Source of the DNA: Nitrospirota bacterium
GTDB lineage: Bacteria > Nitrospirota > UBA9217
Direction: 5' to 3'
DNA length: 64,000 nucleotides
Assembly (NCBI GenBank): GCA_963737155.1
Contig: CAVTRN010000002.1
Span: forward strand, 1,248,001 to 1,312,000
A program made the translations under genes and the position numbers. Numbering within the stretch: the stretch's first letter is position 1; every line of letters begins with the position of its first letter. The notes beneath the pieces were generated by a model that ran no database searches, was not told where the DNA came from, and worked only from the letters and a program-made list of their open reading frames with translations. Below, piece by piece: positions 29,974 to 42,390 of this stretch.

Positions 29974-30669
29974 ATGCGAATGCCAGAAGTACAAAGAAGC
30001 ACAATGTCATTCCTGTCTCGGGCCAGCCTGATAGCGGTTTGTCTCGCCATGTCCTGCTTGCTGGTCGGATGCGCTGTTAAAGGCCCTATCCTTCTTGATA
30101 TCGCCTATCAGCCTCCTGAGGGAAAGACCCCGGGATCTTCTGCCGTAACCGTCGGCGTAAGCCGGATCAGGGACATGCGGGGGGTACCGCCGTCCGTTCT
30201 CGGCCAACGGACCGTGTCGAGCGGCTTGAAAAACGCCCTTGTAACGCGGGGATTGGTGGCGGATCTGGTTACTGCGAGATTGAGGGACGCCTTAAAAGCC
30301 CATGGGATAGCCGTCAAGGAAGCAGGTTCCTGGGATATGACCCCGGAAGGGATGCCTGCAGACGGGTACGCTCTTCTGATCGGCGGCGAAATAAAGTCTC
30401 TGTGGCTTGATTCTGTCTCAGTTCCCTTTAAAACGAAACTGAAAACCTTGGTCGAAATGAAAATCGTCATCGGCGATGCATCCGAAAAAAAAATTATACG
30501 CGTCATTAACATCAACAGCAAGGTTGAACAGGATGTCTTGTATTCGCGAGAGAAACTGGCCGCTGCGCTCTCCGAAGCACTTTCAGAAGCGCTGAACCAG
30601 ATTTTTCAGGACGATGTTCTGCAGAAAAAACTCAGCGGCGCTGACGACTCGATGCCCGGTAATCGCTGA
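29974..30669 (+). CDS. Uncharacterised lipoprotein (YajG-like)
   Basis: Lipobox LVGC after a hydrophobic stretch; start may be the ATG at 30004. Confidence 0.65.
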   Translation: MRMPEVQRSTMSFLSRASLIAVCLAMSCLLVGCAVKGPILLDIAYQPPEGKTPGSSAVTVGVSRIRDMRGVPPSVLGQRTVSSGLKNALVTRGLVADLVTARLRDALKAHGIAVKEAGSWDMTPEGMPADGYALLIGGEIKSLWLDSVSVPFKTKLKTLVEMKIVIGDASEKKIIRVININSKVEQDVLYSREKLAAALSEALSEALNQIFQDDVLQKKLSGADDSMPGNR

Positions 30670-30715
30670 CATTTCTCTTGAAACCGCGTTCATGCGTTAT
30701 CATAATTTCTATTGA

Positions 30716-31756
<1,041 letters not shown>

Positions 31757-31800
31757 TACGCAGAAGACAAAATCCAGTGGATAGAGAACAGACTGATACG

Positions 31801-32442
31801 ATGAAAAACTATGGGATACCGATTGCTTCGGAGGGATGGCCCTTTATCATACCCTTGGCAATCGTCACTGGGCTGCTCTTTGTGTTCGGTTGGAAGAACA
31901 CGGCTGCTATTTCGTTTGTTATTACGCTCTTCGTTTTATTCTTTTTCCGAGACCCTGAGCGAATTGTCCCCGAAGGCAGGGGAGTTATTGTTTCTCCGGC
32001 TGACGGGAGGGTCATTGTGATCAAGAACATTTTCGAACCGACCTACCTGAAACAGGAAGTAAAGCAGATCAGCATTTTCCTGTCCGTGTTTAATGTCCAT
32101 GTGAATCGCTCCCCTCTCGGGGGAATGGTGGAAACCGTAAAATACAACCCCGGGAAATTCCATGTTGCCTCGGTCGACAAGGCATCACTGGACAACGAGC
32201 AGACCGCTATGGTCATTGCCGATGGTGGTAAAAAAATACTCGTGAAACAAATCGCAGGCCTCATCGCGCGCCGAATTGTGTGTTATGCCAAACCCGGAGA
32301 CAGGATCAATGCCGGTGAAAGGTACGGATTGATCCGCTTCGGCTCGCGGGTCGACATTTTCCTTCCGAAGGACGTCGATCTGAAGGTGAAGGTCGGCGAC
32401 CGTATCAAGGGAGCCAGGGACATTATTGCAACGATGAAATAA
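31801..32442 (+). CDS. psd: Phosphatidylserine decarboxylase proenzyme
   Basis: FFRDPER, SPADG, NVHVNR, QIAG, IRFGSRVD cleavage motif. Confidence 0.93.
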   Translation: MKNYGIPIASEGWPFIIPLAIVTGLLFVFGWKNTAAISFVITLFVLFFFRDPERIVPEGRGVIVSPADGRVIVIKNIFEPTYLKQEVKQISIFLSVFNVHVNRSPLGGMVETVKYNPGKFHVASVDKASLDNEQTAMVIADGGKKILVKQIAGLIARRIVCYAKPGDRINAGERYGLIRFGSRVDIFLPKDVDLKVKVGDRIKGARDIIATMK

Positions 32443-32537
32443 TCATCTTTTTCTTCCCTCGATTGCATCATCTCATCCGGGGGCAGGCTTCGGTTCCTCC
32501 CCCTTGGGGGAAGTGGCGCGGAGAGGAGCATCGCGAG

Positions 32538-33287
32538 TTGAGAAAAGGGATATACATACTGCCGAACCTTATCACGCTTTCGAGTATGTTCTCAGGGTTC
32601 TACTCCATCGTGGCGGCGTTCAATTCCAACTACGAAGGAGCCGCGTGGGCCATACTCATTGCATCGATATTTGACGTGCTGGACGGCTGGGTCGCGCGAC
32701 TGACCCATACAACGACGCGGTTCGGTATCGAGATTGACTCTCTTGCCGATGTCATCTCGTTTGGCGTCGCGCCTGGCATCCTTGCCTATACCTGGACCTT
32801 ATCTTCTTTCGGACGTATCGGATGGTTGGGGTCATTTTTTCTTGTCGCCTGCGCCGCGCTTAGACTGGCGCGGTTCAATGTTCAAATGGGCAGCGCCGAG
32901 AAAAAGCACTTCACGGGCCTCCCCACTCCGGCTTCGGCTCTCGTGATTGCAACTACAGTGCTGGCATACGCCGATATCATCGAAATACTTGATCGTCTAA
33001 AGCTTGTGTGGCTTGCCGATGCGGTAGGCAAGGACTACTGGGTGCTGGCGCTGACCTTCATCCTCGCGGGACTAATGGTGAGCAACTTCACATACCACAG
33101 CGTGAAAGAAGCGAACTTGAAGGAACGGCGTCCTTTCGGAATCCTCGTCGTTATAGCGGCCTTTTTGGCAGTCGTTGCCTATCATCCTGCTCTCGTCCTA
33201 TTCGTGGTTTCTATCTCCTATGTGCTTGTCGGCATAGCAGAAGCGCTGTACAAGTTACTGAAGAGGGAGAAAAAAGCTGCTGCGTAG
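32538..33287 (+). CDS. pssA: CDP-diacylglycerol--serine O-phosphatidyltransferase
   Basis: LPNLIT, DVLDGWVAR, DSLADVISFGVAP, RLARFN, FTGLPTP; TTG start after GAGGAG. Confidence 0.93.
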   Translation: MRKGIYILPNLITLSSMFSGFYSIVAAFNSNYEGAAWAILIASIFDVLDGWVARLTHTTTRFGIEIDSLADVISFGVAPGILAYTWTLSSFGRIGWLGSFFLVACAALRLARFNVQMGSAEKKHFTGLPTPASALVIATTVLAYADIIEILDRLKLVWLADAVGKDYWVLALTFILAGLMVSNFTYHSVKEANLKERRPFGILVVIAAFLAVVAYHPALVLFVVSISYVLVGIAEALYKLLKREKKAAA

Positions 33288-33605
33288 CAGTCCGCCTGAT
33301 TGAATTCGTATTGTTCATAATGACAGCGGGGAGCGATGAGAAATAGACGCAGTCCTCCGTCTCTAGAATTTATTGAAAGGCTATAAAGCAAACAGCTTAT
33401 ACCAGAACCGCATGGCTCCAATATGTCCCCTTCCGCAGCAATTCTGAGCGTTTGTCCGGTTCTGATTGCAAGGATGAACTGATTCCCGATGGCATCGTCG
33501 GGGATGGCACGTAAAGACAGGATGTTGGCGGGTAAGTTCTTTTCTGAGGCGCATTATTATTCTGCATCATGTATGCGGCAATCATCGCATGACATGGAGG
33601 TACAT

Positions 33606-35135
33606 ATGAGCAAGTTCATCCAGATATTTGACACGACGCTCCGAGATGGCGAACAGTCCCCGGGAGCAAGCATGAATGTCGAGGAAAAAATAACCATGGC
33701 AAAGCAGCTCGCACGGCTTGGCGTCGATATTATCGAGGCCGGCTTTGCCATCAGTTCACCCGGAGATTTTGAGGCCATCAAGCGTATCGGGGCCGAGGTG
33801 GAAGGTCCGATCCTGTGCAGCCTTGCCCGCGCGCGGAAGGAAGATATCGACCGCGCCTGGGAGGCGCTTAAGGACGCCCCGAAGCGGCGCATACATACCT
33901 TCCATTCCACATCGGATATTCATTTAAAGCACCAATACCGTATATCGCGCGACGAAGCGCTCACGCGGTCTGTGGAGATGGTCGGGCATGCCCGGTCACT
34001 TGTGGAGGACGTTGAATTTTCCCCTATGGACGCCACACGGACCGATGTTTCCTATCTTCTGGAAGTGATCGAGGCCGTAATCGATGGAGGTGCCGGAACC
34101 ATCAATATCCCGGACACTGTGGGGTATGCTATGCCCGATGAGTTCGGCGCGCTTATCCGGGAGATAAGGACGAGGGTCAAAAATATAAGCAAGGCTGCCA
34201 TCTCGGTTCATTGTCATAACGACCTTGGGCTGGCTGTCGCGAATGTGCTCGCCGCAATCAGGAATGGGGCGACACAGGTGGAATGCACGGTGAACGGCAT
34301 CGGCGAGAGGGCAGGAAACTGTTCCATGGAGGAAGTCGTCATGGCGCTCCGCACGAGAAGGGATTTTTTTGGAGCCGATACGATGATTCACACCGAGGAG
34401 ATTACGCGCACGAGCAGGCTTGTTACCAAGATCACTGGCATCCCGGTTCAGCCGAACAAAGCTATCGTCGGTGCCAATGCATTTGCCCATGAGTCGGGCA
34501 TCCATCAGGACGGACTGCTCAAGGAACGAACCACGTATGAGATCATAAAGCCGGAATCGGTCGGCCTCCTGAAAACCAATTTAGTTCTGGGGAAACATTC
34601 TGGCAGGCATGCATTCCGCGACCGGCTTAAGGAAATGGGGCATGAACTTTCCGATGAAGACTTGAATAAGGCATTCGAACGGTTCAAACGGCTGGCGGAC
34701 CAGAAAAAGGAAGTATTCGACGAGGATCTTGAAGCGATTGTATCCGATGAAATGCAGCAGATCCAGGAGATTTACATCCTGAAGCATCTCAGCGCGGAAA
34801 GTGGCACCGGGATCACACCCAGGGCCACGGTTGAACTGGCGGTGGGCTCAAACTCCATGAAGCAGACAGGCACCGGAGACGGGCCGGTTGATGCAGTGTA
34901 CCGGACGATCGCCGCAATTACCGGCACGAAAAGCAAACTTGACGCCTATCTGGTCAAGGCCATCACCGGCGGCACCGACGCCTTGGGCGAGGTGACCGTG
35001 AAAGTCGAGGAAGAGGGCAAAAAGGTTGCGGGCCACGGCGCCGATACGGACATTATTGTCGCAAGCGCCAAAGCGTACGTCAATGCATTGAACAAACTGG
35101 AGTATTGGAAAAAGGGAAGGCTAAAAAACACTTGA
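33606..35135 (+). CDS. leuA: 2-isopropylmalate synthase
   Basis: [45 protein letters not shown]; GGAGG RBS. Confidence 0.96.
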   Translation: MSKFIQIFDTTLRDGEQSPGASMNVEEKITMAKQLARLGVDIIEAGFAISSPGDFEAIKRIGAEVEGPILCSLARARKEDIDRAWEALKDAPKRRIHTFHSTSDIHLKHQYRISRDEALTRSVEMVGHARSLVEDVEFSPMDATRTDVSYLLEVIEAVIDGGAGTINIPDTVGYAMPDEFGALIREIRTRVKNISKAAISVHCHNDLGLAVANVLAAIRNGATQVECTVNGIGERAGNCSMEEVVMALRTRRDFFGADTMIHTEEITRTSRLVTKITGIPVQPNKAIVGANAFAHESGIHQDGLLKERTTYEIIKPESVGLLKTNLVLGKHSGRHAFRDRLKEMGHELSDEDLNKAFERFKRLADQKKEVFDEDLEAIVSDEMQQIQEIYILKHLSAESGTGITPRATVELAVGSNSMKQTGTGDGPVDAVYRTIAAITGTKSKLDAYLVKAITGGTDALGEVTVKVEEEGKKVAGHGADTDIIVASAKAYVNALNKLEYWKKGRLKNT

Positions 35136-35169
35136 AACTGGACAAGGGATATTGTATATTTTTCAGACT

Positions 35170-36429
35170 ATGATGACGATAACGGAAAAGATTTTGGCTG
35201 CGCACTGCGGCAAAAAAGAAGTTAAACCGGGAGAATTAGTCAATACCAGACTTGATCTAGTGCTCGCCAACGATATTACCGCGCCTATCTCAATCAAGGA
35301 ATTTCGGGCCGGAGGTGCTAAGAAAGTATTCGATCCCGAGCGGATCGCGCTCATCCCCGACCACTTTGCTCCGAACAAGGATATTGCTTCGGCCGAGCAA
35401 TGCAGCATGCTCCGGCAGTTTTCTCGGGAACATCGCCTTTCGCTCTACTTCGAGGTGGGCAGGATGGGCGTGGAACATGCGCTCCTGCCTGAGCAGGGGA
35501 TCGTGGTACCTGGCGATGTGGTGATCGGCGCCGACAGCCACACCTGCACTTACGGCGGTCTAGGCGCATTCTCGACCGGAGTGGGCAGCACCGACGTTGC
35601 CGCAGCTATGATCACCGGTGAGGCTTGGTTCAAGGTGCCTGAGAGTATGAAGTTTATCTATAAGGGAAAGCTTGGCAAATGGGTCGGCGGAAAGGACATC
35701 ATTCTTCGCACGATTGGCGATATCGGAGTCGACGGCGCATTGTATCGCGCCATGGAGTTCACCGGCGAAGTGATTCGCAAGCTCCCGATGTCCGGCCGGC
35801 TGACTATCTGTAACATGGCCATCGAAGCGGGCGGCAAGAACGGTATCATTGAACCCGATGAGATTACAGAAAAATATGTGACGAAGCGAGCGAGGCGCAA
35901 ATATAAATTCTTCAAGAGCGACAGAAAGGCGAACTATGTCGACGTTCGCGAGTACGATTTGACCGGAATGGAGCCGCAGATTGCCTGCCCCCATCTTCCG
36001 GAAAATGTGAAACCCGTGAGCGGACTTGCTGCCATCAACATTGATCAGTCCGTTGTCGGCTCCTGCACGAACGGCAGGATCGAGGATATCCGGGTGGCGG
36101 CTAAAGTTATCAAAGGGCACAAAGTACATCCCTATGTTCGCATGATCGTCATACCGGCCACACAGGCTGTATACAAGCAGTGCATCAAGGAAGGCCTCGT
36201 CGATATATTCATCGATGCGGGCGCCGCCTTCAGTACGCCGACCTGCGGTCCTTGTCTCGGAGGCCACATGGGCATTCTCGCAGCCGGAGAACGTGCCATA
36301 GCCACGACGAACCGGAACTTCGTCGGCAGGATGGGTTCTCCCAAGAGCGAAGTATATCTTTCCAGCCCGGCGATTGCGGCGGCATCTGCGGTCCTCGGGA
36401 GAATCGGTAGGCCGGAAGAACTGAAATAG
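35170..36429 (+). CDS. leuC: 3-isopropylmalate dehydratase large subunit
   Basis: [31 protein letters not shown]. Confidence 0.95.
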   Translation: MMTITEKILAAHCGKKEVKPGELVNTRLDLVLANDITAPISIKEFRAGGAKKVFDPERIALIPDHFAPNKDIASAEQCSMLRQFSREHRLSLYFEVGRMGVEHALLPEQGIVVPGDVVIGADSHTCTYGGLGAFSTGVGSTDVAAAMITGEAWFKVPESMKFIYKGKLGKWVGGKDIILRTIGDIGVDGALYRAMEFTGEVIRKLPMSGRLTICNMAIEAGGKNGIIEPDEITEKYVTKRARRKYKFFKSDRKANYVDVREYDLTGMEPQIACPHLPENVKPVSGLAAINIDQSVVGSCTNGRIEDIRVAAKVIKGHKVHPYVRMIVIPATQAVYKQCIKEGLVDIFIDAGAAFSTPTCGPCLGGHMGILAAGERAIATTNRNFVGRMGSPKSEVYLSSPAIAAASAVLGRIGRPEELK

Positions 36430-36487
36430 CTTTCAGTTCAAATAGGGCGCTTTAAAGGGTTTAATCGATTAGAACATTGAGGTTTGC

Positions 36488-36985
36488 ATGAAATTCAAAG
36501 GCAACGCATGGAAATTCGGCTCCGATGTCGACACTGACGCGATAATCCCGGCCCGTTATCTGAATACCTCTGATCCAAAGGAGCTTGCAACGCACTGCAT
36601 GGAGGATTCCACCACACCCGACTTCATGAAGAGGATGAAATCCGGAGACATCATTGTTGCCGAGAAAAACTTTGGATGTGGGTCATCGCGCGAACATGCG
36701 CCAATCGCGATCAAGGCTGCCGGCGTTGCCTGCGTAGTGGCAAAAAGCTTTGCGCGGATATTCTACCGGAACTGCTTTAACATGGGGCTTCCGATCTTCG
36801 AGAGCGCCGAGGCGGTAGACGGCATCAAAGAAGGAGACCAGATTGAAGTCGATGCCGATGCTGGGGTGATCCGGAATCTTACGTCAAACAGGACATTCAA
36901 AGTTGTTTCAGTCCCGCCCTTCATGCAAGAACTTATCGCCGCCGGCGGGCTTATGGCATACACGAAGAAGAAAGCGGGCTTGTAA
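36488..36985 (+). CDS. leuD: 3-isopropylmalate dehydratase small subunit
   Basis: [30 protein letters not shown]. Confidence 0.95.
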   Translation: MKFKGNAWKFGSDVDTDAIIPARYLNTSDPKELATHCMEDSTTPDFMKRMKSGDIIVAEKNFGCGSSREHAPIAIKAAGVACVVAKSFARIFYRNCFNMGLPIFESAEAVDGIKEGDQIEVDADAGVIRNLTSNRTFKVVSVPPFMQELIAAGGLMAYTKKKAGL

Positions 36986-37006
36986 TTGACTGCGTGTTTC
37001 AATCTG

Positions 37007-37207
37007 ATGAAGGCGCTCCAGCCGAACGGCAATACGCTTGACCCCGAATCATGCTGTGAACCATGCGTGTATTACATCCGGAACCTCGATTCATCCTATT
37101 CCTCATCCCTCATCCCTTCGCAGCCTGCTTGCGGGTTGGATTTTATCCCCAGCGACGACAACTGTATCGAGATGCGGACGAGTAACTGCAGCGCGAGAAA
37201 AAGATAG
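37007..37207 (+). CDS. Small Cys-rich hypothetical protein (66 aa)
   Basis: Six Cys (CCEPC...C...C...C); same strand as, and between, leuD and leuB. Confidence 0.45.
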   Translation: MKALQPNGNTLDPESCCEPCVYYIRNLDSSYSSSLIPSQPACGLDFIPSDDNCIEMRTSNCSARKR

Positions 37208-37330
37208 CAACCTTTCCCCGGAGAATGAGAGAGCAGTAACTCGTTCTTTTTCGATCTATCTTTTCCCGCTTCAATCTCCATTTCTGCAGCCGGCATCTAT
37301 TATGATTTTATTTGAGAGGAAATTATTCTT

Positions 37331-38407
37331 ATGGTAAAGACCTACAGGATCGGAACGATACCCGGTGACGGCACGGGGCCGGAAGTTGTTCACGAAGCAA
37401 AAAAAGTATTGAATGCAGCAGCATCACGGGGTGCATTTAAACTTGAGTTCACCGAGTTCGATTTCGGCGCTGCACGATATCTCAAAACTGGGGAGACGCT
37501 TCCGGACAGCGCTATTGTTGAATTTAAGAAGTTTGACTCACTGATTCTCGGCGCTATTGGCCATCCTGATGTGAAACCGGGGATTCTCGAAACGGGCATC
37601 TTACTCAAAATACGTTTTGCCCTAGATCAGTACATTAACCTCCGGCCGGTGAAGCTCTATCCCAATGTCGAGACTCCGCTCAAAGACAAGGGTCCTGAGG
37701 ATATCGATTTCATAGTAATCCGCGAGAACACGGGGGGCATCTATACAGGGCACGGAGGGGCGACTCGCGTGGGAACGACCGAGGAGATAGCGACGCAGTT
37801 GATGGTGTATGATCGCCGTACTGTGGATCGATGCCTTAAATACGCGTTCGAACTCAAGAAGAAGCGTAATGCGAAAGACCCAAAATATGCCGCGAAACCA
37901 ATCACGCTTATTCACAAGCGGAATGTGTTGACCTATTGCGGTGACCTCTGGTACCGTGCGTTCGATGAGATGGGCTCCAAACAGTATCCTGAGATCAAAC
38001 GCGACTATAATCATGTTGACGCGGCGAACATGTGGTTCGTGAAAAATCCAGAATGGTTCGATGTCGCAGTCACGGAAAACCTTTTCGGCGACATCATTAC
38101 CGATCTCGGCGCAATGATTCAGGGCGGGCTCGGCGTGGCATCGGGAGGGAATGTTAACCCAGAGGGCGTTTCTATGTTCGAACCTATGGGCGGCAGCGCT
38201 CCGAAATATGCCGGCCAGAATGTGATTAATCCTATGGCGGCCATCGGTGCGGCAATGATGATGCTCGATTCACTGGGTGAAGCAAAGTCTGCACACTCGA
38301 TCGAAGCTGCCATGATTTCCGCAATGAAGAAGATGAAAAGTCAGGCGGCGGGGAAGATGGGATATTCGACCACGGAGGTGGGGGATTTAGTGGCGGGGAT
38401 GGTTTAG
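37331..38407 (+). CDS. leuB: 3-isopropylmalate dehydrogenase
   Basis: [37 protein letters not shown]. Confidence 0.93.
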   Translation: MVKTYRIGTIPGDGTGPEVVHEAKKVLNAAASRGAFKLEFTEFDFGAARYLKTGETLPDSAIVEFKKFDSLILGAIGHPDVKPGILETGILLKIRFALDQYINLRPVKLYPNVETPLKDKGPEDIDFIVIRENTGGIYTGHGGATRVGTTEEIATQLMVYDRRTVDRCLKYAFELKKKRNAKDPKYAAKPITLIHKRNVLTYCGDLWYRAFDEMGSKQYPEIKRDYNHVDAANMWFVKNPEWFDVAVTENLFGDIITDLGAMIQGGLGVASGGNVNPEGVSMFEPMGGSAPKYAGQNVINPMAAIGAAMMMLDSLGEAKSAHSIEAAMISAMKKMKSQAAGKMGYSTTEVGDLVAGMV

Positions 38408-38438
38408 CTTGGTTCGGGATTCGAAGTTTAAGAATTAT

Positions 38439-38575
38439 CAAAAAAGATGCATAAGATCGCGGGCGTTAGCCCGTGGATGAATGCATCCCTCTTGTTTCAC
38501 TCCCCCTTCAGGGAGGATAGGAGGGCGTGCTTTTGTGGTTTCAAGTGCCACGGGCGTAAGCCCGTGGATATCTTT
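38439..38575 (+). mobile_element. About 135-bp non-autonomous IS200/IS605-type mini-element (PATE-like)
   Basis: TTAT then CAAAAAA-GATGCAT...hairpin CGCGGGC-GTTA-GCCCGTG...ATGCATC (IS608-like left end); second hairpin CCACGGGC-GTAA-GCCCGTGG at 38548-38567; right boundary approximate. Confidence 0.65.
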
Positions 38576-38596
38576 TTATAAAGCAGGAGAGCAATA

Positions 38597-39709
38597 ATGA
38601 TGCGAGTTGGCTTTATTGGTTGGCGCGGGATGGTAGGCTCGGTGCTCATGGGCCGGATGAATGAAGAAAAGGATTTTAATCTTATCGACCCAGTATTCTT
38701 CACAACCTCGAACGTCGGCGGCAAGGGCCCTAAGATCGGCAAGGATGTTCCTTCTCTCAAAGACGCGAAAAACGTTGATCAGCTGAGGGCGATGGAAATC
38801 ATTGTATCCTGCCAGGGTGGCGACTACACCAATGATATTTATCCCAAGTTGCGCGAGGCGGGATGGAAAGGCTTCTGGATCGATGCTGCATCAGCGCTTC
38901 GCATGGAGAAGGATGCCATTATTATTCTTGATCCGGTAAACCTGAATGTGATCAAGGATGGCATGGCAAAGGGCATCAAAAATTATATCGGCGGTAACTG
39001 CACCGTATCGCTTATGTTGATGGCGCTGGGCGGTTTGTATGAAAAGGGTCTGGTGGAATGGATGAGCGCCATGACTTACCAGGCGGCCTCAGGCGCAGGA
39101 GCCAACAACATGCGCGAGCTGCTGAAACAAATGGGCTCGATTCATGGCGCGGTGAAACCTATGCTCGATGACCAGGCGGGAGCCATCCTTGAAATCGATC
39201 GCAAGGTTGCCGGTCATATTCGCTCCGATTCCTACCCCCGGGAATTCTTCGGCGTCCCGCTAGCGGGTTCCGTTATCCCTTGGATCGACAAGCAGCTTGA
39301 GAATGGCCAGAGCAAAGAAGAATGGAAAGGACAGGCCGAGACGAACAAAATCCTAGGCCGCGAAGGGAACCCGATCCCGATCGATGGGACCTGCGTGCGC
39401 GTTGGTGCAATGCGCTGCCACAGCCAGGCACTGACGATTAAAATGACAAAAGACGTTCCGCTCAACGAGATTACAGACATGATCTCCAAACATAATATGT
39501 GGGTAAAAGTGATCCCGAACGTTCGTGAAATCACGATCAAGGAACTGACGCCCGCTGCTATAACCGGGACACTTACCGTGCCGGTCGGCCGACTTCGCAA
39601 GATGAACATGGGGCCGACTTTCTTAAACGCTTTTACTTGCGGCGACCAGCTTCTCTGGGGCGCAGCGGAGCCGCTGCGAAGAATGCTGAAAATCGTTGTG
39701 GAAAAATAA
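38597..39709 (+). CDS. asd: Aspartate-semialdehyde dehydrogenase (E. coli-like type)
   Basis: [42 protein letters not shown]. Confidence 0.95.
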   Translation: MMRVGFIGWRGMVGSVLMGRMNEEKDFNLIDPVFFTTSNVGGKGPKIGKDVPSLKDAKNVDQLRAMEIIVSCQGGDYTNDIYPKLREAGWKGFWIDAASALRMEKDAIIILDPVNLNVIKDGMAKGIKNYIGGNCTVSLMLMALGGLYEKGLVEWMSAMTYQAASGAGANNMRELLKQMGSIHGAVKPMLDDQAGAILEIDRKVAGHIRSDSYPREFFGVPLAGSVIPWIDKQLENGQSKEEWKGQAETNKILGREGNPIPIDGTCVRVGAMRCHSQALTIKMTKDVPLNEITDMISKHNMWVKVIPNVREITIKELTPAAITGTLTVPVGRLRKMNMGPTFLNAFTCGDQLLWGAAEPLRRMLKIVVEK

Positions 39710-39823
39710 AAAAAGCAGGGGAATTTTAACCAGAGTGAAGAGCGCGATGTTTATTGTTGTAACAGGCCTAGTAGCCCTTCGCGACCTGAGCACCAGAACG
39801 GTATTTTATTCGCTTGTATTCAC

Positions 39824-40837
39824 ATGATTAAAAAAAAGACTAAATACGTTGTTGCCATAGCCGGCGCGACTGGCACCGTGGGCAGAGAAATGGTTGAAAT
39901 CCTTGAGGAGCGCAAGCTCCCGGTGGACGAACTGGTGCTGCTTGCATCGGAGCAATCGGAGGGCGAGCGAATTGCCTTCCAGGGTAGGAACGTAGGCGTT
40001 CGCAAGCTGGCCAAGGATGCCTTTAAGGATGTAGACATTGCTATGTTTTGCACCGGCGCGAAACGCAGTCTCGAGTTCGCTTCGTCCGCAGTCGCGTCGG
40101 GCGCTGTCGTGATAGACGTTTCGAGCGCGTACCGCATGGATCCAAAGGTCCCCCTCGTCGTGCCCGAAGTGAACGCCTATGCTGTCGGAAAACACACCGG
40201 TATCATAGCCGCCCCTAACTGTGCCACGATAGGCATGGTTATGGCATTAAAACCGATTCATGACCGGGTTAAGATAAAACGTGTTGTCGTCACTACCTTC
40301 CAAGCCGTCTCGGGTACTGGCAAAAAGGCCATTGAAGAACTTGCACAGCAGACCGTCGCGCTCCTGAACTTTAGGGAGGTTGAAACGAAGGTATATCCGC
40401 ACCAAATCGCATTCAACTGTATTCCTCACGTTAATTCGTTTCTTGATAACGGCTATACCCAAGAGGAAATGAAACTGGTTGACGAAGCCAGGAAGATCAT
40501 GGAGGACGACTCGATCCGGATAACGGCAACAGCAGTACAGGTGCCGGTGTTCCGTGGCCATTCCGAGTCGGTTAATATCGAAATGGAGGCCAAGGTGTCG
40601 GCCGATGAAATACGGGCAATTCTCGCCGCAGCCCCGGGAATCATGGTATACGACGACCCCAAGAAGAATCTCTATCCCCTTGCAATTGATGTTACGGGAA
40701 AGGATGATATCTATGTGGGGAGGATTCGGGAAGATGAGTCTGTCCCGAGCGGGATCAATCTCTGGATCGTATCTGATAACGTTCGTAAGGGTGCAGCGCT
40801 GAACGCAGTGCAGATTGCCGAATATTTAATAAAATAA
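39824..40837 (+). CDS. asd: Aspartate-semialdehyde dehydrogenase, second type (Asd-B/Usg-like)
   Basis: GATGTVG, PLVVPEVN, PNCAT, QAVSGTG, GHSE, DNVRKGAALNAVQI. Confidence 0.85.
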   Translation: MIKKKTKYVVAIAGATGTVGREMVEILEERKLPVDELVLLASEQSEGERIAFQGRNVGVRKLAKDAFKDVDIAMFCTGAKRSLEFASSAVASGAVVIDVSSAYRMDPKVPLVVPEVNAYAVGKHTGIIAAPNCATIGMVMALKPIHDRVKIKRVVVTTFQAVSGTGKKAIEELAQQTVALLNFREVETKVYPHQIAFNCIPHVNSFLDNGYTQEEMKLVDEARKIMEDDSIRITATAVQVPVFRGHSESVNIEMEAKVSADEIRAILAAAPGIMVYDDPKKNLYPLAIDVTGKDDIYVGRIREDESVPSGINLWIVSDNVRKGAALNAVQIAEYLIK

Positions 40838-40919
40838 AAAAACAGGAGCTGGAAGCTGAAGGCGAGTGATGCGAAGCGACCGGGATTTCGGTTGTCATCA
40901 ATCGACTTCCAATCGTATT

Positions 40920-41759
40920 ATGTATAAACTGATTTCTAAAATATTCGACAGGCTTGAGCGTGGGCTTTCCCCAAGAGAGAAGGTTATTATTGTTTCCCTC
41001 ATGTTCATCATCTCGGCGCTTGGGATTGTCCTTGCAGTGAGATACTATAACTATATTCAAAAAAACCCGGAGTTCTGCAACAGCTGTCACTTGATGGAAG
41101 AAGCATACCAGGCATGGAAACTCTCCGGTCACCGAAATATGGCATGCCAGGATTGCCATCAACTCGGCATGATCGAGCAGAACCGGCTACTCATAAAGTT
41201 TATATTCACGACTAACCGCAAGACGCCAGAACCGCATGGAAACGAGACCCCGTGGAAGACTTGTACAAAGTGTCATTGGGACGAAGCTGAACAGGGTTCG
41301 CTCACAGTGAACAAATCAACGGGGCATGCCCGCCACGTATTCGTGGAAAAGTTGTCTTGCAAGGATTGCCACAGCCGAACCGGGCACTCGTTCAGGCCGG
41401 AAAAGGACGCCTGTCTACGCTGTCATAAGGACTGGAAAATTCATGGAGTCGGTATGGAGAACATATCCTGTCTTCGGTGCCATACATTCTCAGCTAAAAA
41501 GCCGGAGCCGTTTATTCCCGACAGAGAGCGGTGTCTCTCGTGTCACCGGAAGTCATCCCGGACATCTTTTCCGGACAGAGTTCCCATGGCACGGCTGAAT
41601 TGCTACGAATGCCATAAGCCGCATGCTCGCATCAAACCGACGGATGATGACTGTCTCCGCTGTCATACTCGGGAAGTGCTGGCAACCAAGGCAGTGCATG
41701 TGTCTTCCAAGCATTGCAAGGCATGCCATATTCCTCATCGCTGGAGTGCACTGCGATGA
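40920..41759 (+). CDS. Membrane-anchored decaheme cytochrome c with NapC/NirT-like N-terminus
   Basis: One TM, PEFCNSCHLM...SGH; ten CxxCH motifs. Confidence 0.88.
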   Translation: MYKLISKIFDRLERGLSPREKVIIVSLMFIISALGIVLAVRYYNYIQKNPEFCNSCHLMEEAYQAWKLSGHRNMACQDCHQLGMIEQNRLLIKFIFTTNRKTPEPHGNETPWKTCTKCHWDEAEQGSLTVNKSTGHARHVFVEKLSCKDCHSRTGHSFRPEKDACLRCHKDWKIHGVGMENISCLRCHTFSAKKPEPFIPDRERCLSCHRKSSRTSFPDRVPMARLNCYECHKPHARIKPTDDDCLRCHTREVLATKAVHVSSKHCKACHIPHRWSALR

Positions 41760-41772
41760 TAGAGCGCCGAAA

Positions 41773-42021
41773 TTACTTTTTTTTCTGTTTTTTTAGGCCG
41801 TTCGACGAGAAAAGAATGTTTGGCTGGACTTTATAGATACTGCACAACGTAATGAGTTTCATAAGACTTGGGTTGGTTTCCTTACCTGATTCAAGACGGG
41901 ATATGTAGCCCTGCGTAATTCTTCCACGGGCGTCTGGAGCCACCTCGGAAATACGTGCAACCTGGCTCATAGAGAGTTTGTTCTGTATTCTCAATTTCTT
42001 AAGTTTTTCGGAGAGCTTCAT
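41773..42021 (-). CDS. XRE-family HTH transcriptional regulator
   Basis: KLKKLR...LSMSQVA...ITQGYISRLESG...NPS; TTGACA-17-TATAAA promoter directly upstream. Confidence 0.85.
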   Translation of the reverse strand: MKLSEKLKKLRIQNKLSMSQVARISEVAPDARGRITQGYISRLESGKETNPSLMKLITLCSIYKVQPNILFSSNGLKKQKKK

Positions 42022-42299
42022 AGTGCGTATTTATACTCTATTTTTATTTGTATGTCAACAGGAAGTTAGAATAAAAACATCTTCTTATCTCTTCAATTTA
42101 TAAATATTTGTATTTCAACACAGGTTAAATTTGCAAATAATTAATCATGGAGGTTACGCCACGTAGTTCTGCTATGAGGTACCTAGTACTTGGAATTCAA
42201 AGGGGTGGCGCAGTGAAGCTAGTATTTTATTTTTAGGTGTAAGTCCCACCATCGCAAAACCCGGGTTGGTGATTTAGTTATTAGAAACGGTTGGAAAAT

Positions 42300-42390
42300 G
42301 GACTCAGTTATGCTGAGAATGCGTGAGATTGCCGATAGGTTCGGAATGCATAAAGTGGCCGTCTCTCGCACATCCAAAAGAGTAAAGATG
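42300..42390 (+). pseudogene. HTH remnant resembling the C-terminus of RAYT/IS200-like transposases
   Basis: LRMREIADRFGMHKVAVSRTSKRV; no catalytic domain upstream. Confidence 0.3.

Noticed and set aside
31801-33287. psd-pssA embedded in the ilv-leu cluster as a novelty
   Set aside because: The ilvC-psd-pssA-leuA order is known from other bacteria
33290-33605. Leucine attenuator or T-box upstream of leuA
   Set aside because: No Leu-rich leader peptide, T-box motif or clear terminator found
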